From Nemertoderma westbladi (Eukaryota; Animalia; Xenacoelomorpha): 64,000 nt of DNA. Location of the stretch: positions 1-64,000 of the forward strand of contig JAUCBJ010007137.1 in assembly GCA_032718475.1 (NCBI GenBank), written 5' to 3'. Position numbers and translations under genes: made by a program. Below the pieces are notes generated by a model. It had not been told where the DNA came from. It searched no databases and saw only the letters and a program-made list of their open reading frames with translations. The stretch's first letter is position 1. Each line of letters begins with the position of its first letter. Shown here one piece after another: positions 48,711 through 57,907 of the stretch.

Positions 48711-51700
48711 ATGGAGAAAGGGATACAAGGAGAGCCGAGATGGGGATATGATATCCAAGAGGAGGCAGCAGCGCCATTCGAAAGATTTGGAGCCAAGGAT
48801 TATACTATATTCGGTATAAAGGAATTATCGGAAAGTACAGCGAAACTCGCGAGAACTAAATATGACTCGAACGTATTAAAGAGAAGGCAAAACGCATTAA
48901 ACGAAAGAATCGAAAGTTTGCGACAAACCTTCAATGAACTTTACCCGTACGACGCTTTGTGTGATACGGGAGACATTAGCGAAGACCCCGATACCGAAAT
49001 TAGTCGTTTGTATCATACCATGCAATACCTAAAGGCGCACGAACCTATGCCCGCGGTAAGAGATGAATTTGATGGAATGCATCTTTACAGACGAACTCGA
49101 GGGGACGATAGAGAAACCAAGGAAGCATTTTCAGTTTATAAACTTTATTATCAATGCGGTTCTTGTATGCGCGAACAACGAAATGCGATTCCGATGCGTT
49201 TGAATAAGGAAAATCCCGAACCGATATTGGCGAGGTGTTCGAACCATCAACAACTACGCTACCAGGAAGGAGGGTATCCTTTATCGAATCCATATCATTC
49301 ATTTGCTATGACCGGACCAAAGGCGGGAGAAACTGTCATTTACCCACCTAAGGTTGTTGAACCCGATGTATTTGAACTTACGCTGGACGAGGCAAACCAG
49401 TCAACCCGCGAAAAGAAAGAAGCTCTTAGCCTATACAGAGCCTACAAGGCTTTCGAGAAAGGTGAGATGGAAGAATGGGGTGGAAGACTCGCAAGCCTAC
49501 CTTGCCATTGGACGTCACACGATCAAACTTCAGCTAAGGAGATGACACCGGAAGTTTTCGAGAGCATAAACTTTGCTCAAAACGTTATTCAGAGACTACA
49601 GATTGCATCCCCGGAGAGGACAAGAGAAATGCAACCGTATAGTACTTCAACTACGAAACCATTGAGTACGACACTCAATTTTCCTATTAGTATACCAGTC
49701 CGACAGGATACGACGTACGAAATACCCATCGTGGATCATCCAGAAATCATTTCAAACTTGGAGTTTCTTCCTGCAGTTGTTTTCAGCGATATGAGTAAGA
49801 TATATGATTTACGTAGACATATTACTCAAAAGGTCGTGTACAACGTTCCACCTCATATTCAAGATTTCAAGGAACTGGATAGAGCAGGTGCCGATATAGC
49901 TCCGAGTAATCTGAAAGGATATCTAACCAAGACGATTCGTTTATGGATTGGAACCGGAACCTTCGAGTCGGATACAGATATTGCCGCAGATTGGCGAGGT
50001 AAGGTTATTCGTTTCGAAGATGATAAGGACATAGAGAAGATTTGGCAACCTTCGGAAGAATTGTTGGACGAATGGAATAGGACGTTCAGATCGTTTCAGG
50101 AAAATGGTTACATGTTTTACGACAACGAGGGCGGCAGTCATCAGCAGAGTTTGACTTCTAAGACTATACAAATTAGAGCGGCGGACGGAGTCCTGCACGT
50201 TTTCAGTAGACAGAGGAGCGACAAACGAATGCCGATACCTCCAGCGAATACAAAGCGACACCATCTTATCACCGACATAGTAAAGAAGATGGACCAAGCT
50301 TGTAATATTGACGCTAGAATGCTACCGAAGATGGTAAGAAACATGATTTTAGATAAAACTGTTGTAAAGATTGGATCAGGAGTAAGGGAGGATTTAATTA
50401 GCGACTTCGCCGGCATGACGGACAGCGATGACCGACTACCGACACCTTACGTCGACACTCGACCTCTTATTTTGTGGTCTATAGAACAGGGATATTTTCG
50501 TGAGTATAATACTCAGAAGACTGGAACTGGATACATTTCCTACCTGTTATTCAATTGGGATTATAAGGAAAATAAGAGAAACAAGTATATTGAAACTTAT
50601 GGAGAAGGTGATACTCCAGATATGAGTGAGTTTGAATCACAGCTTAAATGGAGAGGATGCGTGTATTGGGCTATTACGTCACCTCAAAGAGCAGTCCTAC
50701 AATATTATTTAGCAATAGAGTCGTCAGTGAATGTTTGCCTAATCGCCGACATTGTGTCTCGGACTCTCAAAAGACATCCACTTTGTCTCGGAGAAGATCA
50801 TACGTTCTACATGGAAGGGAGAATTCGTACCGACGTGTTTAGACGATTCCTTGAACCCTTCTACAACTCCGACGCTCAGTGTAATGCCTTTACTCGAGCA
50901 GGATTTAGTATATTTCGAGACGTGTATCTTCGCTGTGCAGGATCTCTTATCGAAAGACCATCTATGTTTACATTGTTACCCTATGAAGGAGAACGTATCG
51001 TGGAGATTACGGATGAATCACGGCAGACGCGCGCGCCTATCGGTCACCTTGGTGATGATTTCGAAGTAACTACTACGATTGCCGACGATCCTTTAGAGGA
51101 ACTTCTTGAGATAGAAAGGAACCTCCCGAAGAAATCTCAGACGGAGATTCGACAACTTGAAGCAACAGATGCTATAGTTTGTATACAACCTTCAGAAACC
51201 TACCAACCCATAGACCCAGATGATTACGATTATAGTGTGGGAGGAAGCGCTCGACCGATTGGAGATCTTATATACGAACGAGTGTGGTACCCTGCCAATA
51301 CGATGTGTAGTAAATGTGGCGTCGCTGGACATCATATGACAAAGTGCAGTGGAAAGCACATTACTACGACTCAGCTAATCTGTGGATGGTGTGGGGATCA
51401 AGGGTCTCATACCTTTTATACTTGCTGGAGATTTATGGCTCAATGTACTTATTGCAATATAAAAGGACATCGAGCATCTGAATGCCAACTAAGAGATATA
51501 CCTTATGAACACGAATCTGTAAAACTCGTGAGGAAGTTATTTGATGAGTGGGAAGATTTAGCCGACGAACATGTATCAGCACAAAGAAGACGGTTTCCGA
51601 TGAGAGCGCATCTCGGATTTTGGGCGGTAAATCCTCAAACGATGATGTCGGAAGGATATATCTCCGCTATGCCCCAATATGACGAACTTATCGAGGTAGT

Positions 51701-51914
51701 TGATATTTTGCCCCACGACAGCGGATTCCGAGTGGTGCGCGAGTATCTACTACAGATTCACCCGGATAACAAAAACACGTGGAATTTTCAGAAAGTCGTT
51801 AATCGCATTACATATGGTGAATTCGATCGTTTCCGAACTGAAAAGCGGAATAAAGGAGCTTGGTTAACCGTCGCATGGGCGTACCGAGCCGCGTTTTACC
51901 ATAAACGTATATGA
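48711..51914 (+). CDS. ORF3: DEDDy-type 3'-5' exonuclease domain plus three CCHC zinc knuckles (1067 aa)
   Basis: FYDNEG (ExoI), TIQIRAA, LPKMVRNMILDKTVVKIGSGVREDL (ExoII), YVDTR, QYYLAIE (ExoIII-like); knuckles CSKCGVAGHHMTKC, CGWCGDQGSHTFYTC, CTYCNIKGHRASEC. Confidence 0.8.
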   Translation: MEKGIQGEPRWGYDIQEEAAAPFERFGAKDYTIFGIKELSESTAKLARTKYDSNVLKRRQNALNERIESLRQTFNELYPYDALCDTGDISEDPDTEISRLYHTMQYLKAHEPMPAVRDEFDGMHLYRRTRGDDRETKEAFSVYKLYYQCGSCMREQRNAIPMRLNKENPEPILARCSNHQQLRYQEGGYPLSNPYHSFAMTGPKAGETVIYPPKVVEPDVFELTLDEANQSTREKKEALSLYRAYKAFEKGEMEEWGGRLASLPCHWTSHDQTSAKEMTPEVFESINFAQNVIQRLQIASPERTREMQPYSTSTTKPLSTTLNFPISIPVRQDTTYEIPIVDHPEIISNLEFLPAVVFSDMSKIYDLRRHITQKVVYNVPPHIQDFKELDRAGADIAPSNLKGYLTKTIRLWIGTGTFESDTDIAADWRGKVIRFEDDKDIEKIWQPSEELLDEWNRTFRSFQENGYMFYDNEGGSHQQSLTSKTIQIRAADGVLHVFSRQRSDKRMPIPPANTKRHHLITDIVKKMDQACNIDARMLPKMVRNMILDKTVVKIGSGVREDLISDFAGMTDSDDRLPTPYVDTRPLILWSIEQGYFREYNTQKTGTGYISYLLFNWDYKENKRNKYIETYGEGDTPDMSEFESQLKWRGCVYWAITSPQRAVLQYYLAIESSVNVCLIADIVSRTLKRHPLCLGEDHTFYMEGRIRTDVFRRFLEPFYNSDAQCNAFTRAGFSIFRDVYLRCAGSLIERPSMFTLLPYEGERIVEITDESRQTRAPIGHLGDDFEVTTTIADDPLEELLEIERNLPKKSQTEIRQLEATDAIVCIQPSETYQPIDPDDYDYSVGGSARPIGDLIYERVWYPANTMCSKCGVAGHHMTKCSGKHITTTQLICGWCGDQGSHTFYTCWRFMAQCTYCNIKGHRASECQLRDIPYEHESVKLVRKLFDEWEDLADEHVSAQRRRFPMRAHLGFWAVNPQTMMSEGYISAMPQYDELIEVVDILPHDSGFRVVREYLLQIHPDNKNTWNFQKVVNRITYGEFDRFRTEKRNKGAWLTVAWAYRAAFYHKRI

Positions 51915-52436
51915 GCGAGCGTATTCGAGGAAGAAGAGGTCCTAGAGGCGACAAATATACCAGCCACTCCGGTTGCGCCGTCTGCACGTCACCCTCGGGA
52001 GGACGGGCAGGGTAGGATCATACGGGTCCAGAAAGTGGGCCAACAATTAAAGAAAATTATTAATGTAGAAGAACGCAAGGGAGTTGAGCCGACCATTCGA
52101 GTTACTCGGGATACGGTATCGCTTCCAAGAGAACCAGTAGGAGGATCGGGACATACACCAGCTGATCAACAGGGGGCGCAAGCTACTCTTGGGTCTGCGT
52201 CATCCACCTTTCGCGCGTTCCCAGACGTTCTACCAACTGTAGTGACAACTGATCGGTCACGAGGAATCGGTCGAGGTTTTGGGATGCCAAATAGACGAAT
52301 TTGCGAAGAAATAGTCGCACCGTCTCTCAACGTCCCAAGTAAACCAGTGACTCGCCCCATTAGTCCCATATCGCGAGCAAAGTCACCTGTGCGCAGTTTT
52401 CGAGGATGCGGCAGGGCTCGATCAACTAAGCGATAA
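51915..52436 (+). other. In-frame open extension of ORF3 beyond a single TGA
   Basis: Same frame as 48711, no stop until 52434-6; Pro/Arg/Ser-rich. Confidence 0.55.
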
Positions 52437-53381
52437 AAAGGAGGGCAAGGGTGGACGTAAGACTCGTGAGCCTTTCTTATGATTTGTGATTTATTTGAAT
52501 TTATATTTATATTTGTGTTTATTCCGAACTTAAGCAATTTGTATTGTTCCGAATTTATGAAATTTAGAAAGTTTATATTTAGAAGGAACTTATATTTGAA
52601 AGATTTATGTTTCATATTTGAGATGCAAAGGAGTTTATATTATTCTAAACTTATGCAGTTGATATTTATATTTGCAAGATTTATATTTAGTAAGAATTTA
52701 TATTTTATATTTGTGATTATTCCGAACTTACGCAATTTGTAATTATTCCGAACTTATGCAATTTATATTATTCCGAACTTATGCAATTTATATTGTTCCG
52801 AATATTATGCAATTTATATCTTATAAGCAGTATTTGTATTTACAGTAAAATAGAAAGTAAGAGTAGATGGAAGACTCGTGGGCCTTTCTTATAGTTTCAT
52901 TTGTAAAGTGTTATATTTTGTATTTAGAAAGTTTTATAGATAGAAAGTTTTGTGCTTAGAAAGACTCATATTTGTAATTATTCCAAACTTATGCAATCTA
53001 CATTTAGGTACGAAAGTATTTGTAATTACTTGAATTTATGCAATATTTGAGATGCAATAGTAGATGGAAGACTCGCGAGCCTTTCTTATTGTTTTCATTT
53101 ATTTGTATTTGTAATTGTTTGAATTTATGCAATATTGAGATGCAATAGATTTATATTGGTGAATTTAATTTAGATTTATATTGTACTTACCTAGTAAAGC
53201 CCTAAATACGTAAAGTTTGAATTTGTAATTATTTTGTATCGAATCATTACGTAGAAAGGAAGTATTGTTTGGAATTTAATTTGTAAATATGTAAGTACGC
53301 CCTAAGTATTCTATAGTTTGATTGATTATTGGTGAAAACCGTATATTTTATGCACGATAATATCCTGTTTTCATGGAGCGG

Positions 53382-55282
53382 TATAGAATTATATTCCCTA
53401 AATGCCGTGGATTTTCAAAATTTTATTTTATTCGAATTAACTTTGTAAAAGATTGCTTTGAAGTTCTCATTTGTATTTGTAATATCTATTGTACATCTAT
53501 TGGTCAAGTGGTTCAGTAGCTCAGTCGGTAGAGCGTTGGAAATTATATGTGTAGTAGGTATTGAGTTCGAATCCTAGTAAGTGCGAATTATTTTTTGTGC
53601 AGAATTTCAACTCATTTAAATTAACCGCTACAAATTAATTGCATTTGTCTGTACCAATGAGACCGTAGTTATTTGATTGTAACCAATGTCGTGCAAGTTA
53701 TATATTAGCTGGACCAATAGCTATCTTTAAAACCCTGTTAGAACCTATAGAACAATCGAGAATTTTCTCGATTGATTGCAGCACAAATTTGCTATATAAA
53801 GGTGCGATTTGTTCATTAGTTATCTCAATCTTATACATTCATTATCTCAGTGCATTCTATCTATATCTTTCTGATCTCATTAGTTATTATCTTATCTGTT
53901 TGATTTGTAATAAAAGTTAGAAATACTTGTCAATCTCAGCCCTTTTTTATCTGTTTTACCATGGATTCACTACGGTGAACAAACTTAGGGACAGGATGGC
54001 CGGCTAGAGATCGGGCCGCAGCAATGAACGGGAACATCGGGGGAATGTAGACGAGAGACAACCCGCAATACCATCTTGAGTTATTCGCCCATCGCCTGAA
54101 AGGTTAGACAGCGTTCGACGCCTTGCTACCTAAGTATAAGACCAAAAGATCAAAAGGTAGAAGTAGTGACACGCTGTGAGCCTAAAATTACATCTTAGGG
54201 ACTGTACTGTCTTGATTCAGGAAAAACCGCAGTAGACCTTCATATTCCTACGGGGAGGGAGAGAGAGCAGGCAGATACTAGTACGCAGATATGACGTAGG
54301 CACACCGGTACGAAGCATACAAATTGGTAGGGTGCAGCAAACTGTACTCCTAACTCTTGCTAAGTACAGGTGTGTGTGCGACTATTTGTAGTACGACAGT
54401 GTCCATTGCATTAGAACTTGTAGGCTAGGGGGGTTGCTGTGTTTTCACCTGAATTGGGATTGTACCGTTCAGGCGGTAGGGCAGTTTACAGCTAGGCGCA
54501 AATAAATTGAGGCTATTAGGGATACTAACATCTACCGTGTCCCCGCCAACGCCCTAATAGGAAGTTACCCGGACTACCTGGGTGACTGAAATTCTAGATA
54601 GGACGCCAGGATAGCTATTAGTAACTGTACGCCTACAGTAGTAAACTAACACATCTCTTCTTAGTATCAGGGACCTGGTACCTAAAATTGCCGAATTCTG
54701 GGCGTAGCATTAACCTTATGCCTGAATTTGAGTCCTGGAAATACGCAAGAGGGGAAGGAACCTTATCATTCGTGAGTATTGGACCTACAAGTTACAAAGT
54801 TTGAATATTCGTAAAATGCACACCGTACCCAGTAATTATATATGTGAAGGAGCAAAACTGTTTTTGACCGTTCAGAATTAACACACGCGCGTTAGAAATT
54901 ATTTACACCTCAAAATATATAAAATTAACTTTCGTCCTTTCTGCACTTTGCTCGCTAGTTAGACATCTCCAAAATATCTGCCTCTGTACCTAGCTAGCGT
55001 CCCTTTTTGCCCAACCATATAAATCACACCGCGGCAAAGTATACGAGCCCCTTAGTCCGTCAGTGAGTCAGCCTGATTTTAGGATTCGCTGCGCGGGATT
55101 TTGTTTTATCGAAGTTTGTCTGCTCGTAGACTGTTTTCTGCCTCACCGGTTATAAGAGATCGATACTGCATATATATTCGCTTACTTAGAGTTTACTGTT
55201 TTGGTGAGAAGGTCGGATTTATGATTTGATTCACAAACTTTACAGTAGGATATTGCAGGTATTGTTGCTGTCTCTTCATATA
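53382..55282 (+). repeat. 3' LTR of element B
   Basis: Starts TATAGAATT after CATGGAGCGG; near-identical to the 5' LTR. Confidence 0.93.
53510..53596 (+). ncRNA. tRNA-like Pol III cassette in the 3' LTR of B
   Basis: Matches 36994-37080. Confidence 0.75.
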
Positions 55283-55287
55283 TATGT

Positions 55288-56261
55288 ACTCACGTACTGA
55301 CGAACGGCAATAGTTCGCACCTGTGAGAAATACAGGTTAAACCAGGGATTTGTAATACTGAGGGGGGGGGGGGGGGGGGGGGGGTTGTCTGAATATAATT
55401 ATTTGATCCTAAATTTGTGGCGTCCCAGGACGGCGTCACGCTTACCCTGATCTATAGGTCTTATGTCGGGCAAGGGCGTCGAACAAAGTCTTACCTTCCT
55501 CGTAAAGCGGGCGCTGCATGGCAATGTGGAGTATTTCGAAGGGCGAAGGGGGTGCGCGGTCTAATCTAATGTGGGCGCTAGCGTGTTGTGGACATCCTTT
55601 CCCTGCGTTGCTGACGGCCTAACGGTCTAGGCTGCCATCTTCCCGATGCTTGGCTGTCCCAAAGTTGGACCAAAGGAAAACATGTTCAGGAATTTACAGT
55701 GTATTTACAGTTTAGCAAAGATTTATCAAACAGATTTACCAATAGTTTCAACAAGAAACAAATAAATGACAACTAAAGCATAACGAGAAGTTATACGCAA
55801 ATGATTAGTGTATGTATCTCGAATGATTAGTGCAAGAGTGATAACCGAAGGCAAACCAGCCCTTTATATACTAAATCGGGGACATAGAATCCGCTAGAAC
55901 CTTCCAGAGTATTCCATGGCCTCACATTGGAGCAATAAGATGTTCCATGCCCTATGATTGGCCCAACTCATCGTTCGATATGTTGTACACACCTCATTGG
56001 CTTACAGATCTGTACCAAATGAAAATAAATTGCCCCAAAATACAAATTTCCCGACTGGGATTCGAACTCGTAACCTATCTGTAATGTAACCAACGCCTTA
56101 ACCATCTGACCACTACGCCACAAGAGTAAGTAGGGGTTTTATGTGTACAAATATGAATAGGCATATTACATTACTGTAACTTTCAAAATGCGTCGGATTT
56201 TCGAAAGTTTTTACGTTAAAGTTAAACTACAAATGCTATCTTATAGTGAAATAATTCATCA
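55288..56261 (-). repeat. Proximal part (U3-R-start of U5) of the 3' LTR of element C
   Basis: TG start at 56261, tRNA-like cassette, TTTAGTATATAAAGG TATA region at 55861-75. Confidence 0.8.
56050..56119 (-). ncRNA. tRNA-like Pol III cassette in the LTR of C
   Basis: A box TGGTCAGATGG, B box GAGTTCGAATCC, T4 shortly downstream. Confidence 0.7.
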
Positions 56262-56660
56262 CCGCTCCATGAAAACAGTAAGTAAGACTGTTTTCACCAA
56301 TCGAAATACAAACTATTTACAAAATACTTCTAAATCTACTGGTAGGGCCTAAAATATAAAATAATCACTATCTAATTATTGCATACTTAATATTGCAGGT
56401 ACGGCGTAAATACAATCTATCATACATACAAAATACAAATTTACCAATTAACTTTAGTGCATAAAATACAAAAAAAGCTTTCGGTTATCAAGATAAGCAA
56501 ATTAAACAAATCAGAACAAACCAAATCAGAACAAATCAAACAAATAATTATAAATCTTTCAATAGTCTTTATATATTGCGAATATACATAATAAATTCAC
56601 CAAATTAAATCAATCCGAATATAAAATAAACATAATACGCTAATATCTTTCAAATAAGTC

Positions 56661-57210
56661 TTAAGGTGTCCTCCTGACGATCTTAAAAGTTCGTCCTGCT
56701 GGTCTAGATATCTTCTCCTGAGCACCAATTGCTAACGGTAGGCTCGCAAGCCTTCCTTTTCTATCTCGCTCCTCCAAACCCAACATCCAAACATAAATAC
56801 CCAAACGTAATGTCCAATATAAATACCCAAATATAATATCCAAATATAAATATCTGGCTGGTCTTGCGACTGGTACTACCGCTCCAGCAGAATGGGGCCA
56901 AGGCTCTCGCGCCACCCCGACATGAGGCATCTGCAGTCGCAGTCTCCGCGACAAATGCCGAGCAAAGGCGATACTATCGAAAAGCTCGGGTGTCATCCCC
57001 CCAGGTTCGGTTTGATCATGGGATATCCAGTAAAATGGTAGGCTTGCGAGCCTTCCGCCGAACTCCTCAATCTCGCCTTTCTCGTATTCCTTCAAATTCG
57101 TCCCTGGCTGCAGGCAAGGGTTCGTTTGCCGTCAATTATTGCAGCGTATGATATAATCGGCGTATCTCCGTTTCTGGATCCTCGCAAATGTCACTGGCGT
57201 CGCATAACAG
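56661..57210 (-). pseudogene. Internally deleted remnant of ORF3 in element C
   Basis: LCDASDICEDPETEIRRLYHTLQ and EKGEIEEFGGRLASLPFYWISHDQT match B ORF3 (LCDTGDISEDPDTEISRLYHTMQ; EKGEMEEWGGRLASLPCHWTSHDQT). Exonuclease and knuckles are absent. Confidence 0.85.
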
Positions 57211-57907
57211 GAGGAAGCACAACAGAGGTTAGATGTGAGGTTACTTAGAGTTTTGTCGGCTTTTGGCTCAACTTTGCTCTAAAACCCCTACCATTTGCCT
57301 AATGACTTCGGGTTCGCGTGATTTCGCACTGGCTCCTAATCCAAAAAATTGTGCCGATAAAAAACGAATTCCGGGTAAACTAGCCGCGAGTCTAAAATAC
57401 TCACCTTTTAATTTCCCAAACTACATTCCCAATGAAATAATGCAGTCGAGAATTAATTCGGTCTAAATAATAGTAGACACGACTACGTAGAACAAGGCCG
57501 GTTTTCTTTTCCAAAATTCCTTTTCTTTATCGGTAGGCTCGCAAGCCTTCCATCCGCTCTTGTCCTCCCCAATTTTAATTTTTATCTAGCTGTATTCTAG
57601 AATTCGCATTCACTGGATTCGAATCATTTTTCTTAAATTTAAATTTAACAAATGGATTTGTCTAATAATTTTTGAAAAATTGTCTCACTTGTGGGTTCCA
57701 AGTGGAATTCCATTCTTACTGTACACACAATCCCGCTCCTATGTGATACATAAGGGTACTACCCTCCATGTTCACGTATAAAGACAATGGAATTCCACTG
57801 CTGTCTCTATCTACAGTGAAGAGGATTACAAATACACATACAGTAATACAAATACTAAATTACTAAAATATGGTAGGTCTATGTGGCGGCCAACAAAGGT
57901 CCCACAT

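Larger units (their letters stand above)
36866..55282 (+). mobile_element. BEL/Pao LTR retrotransposon, element B (18.4 kb; RT/RNase H-less; carries ORF3)
   Basis: Two nearly identical ~1.9-kb LTRs, TSD TATGT (36861-5, 55283-7), gag, PR, IN, ORF3; PPT-like ATGGAGCGG before the 3' LTR. Confidence 0.95.

Noticed and set aside
48711-51914. Envelope glycoprotein
   Set aside because: No signal peptide or hydrophobic TM segment visible; motifs fit an exonuclease plus knuckles.
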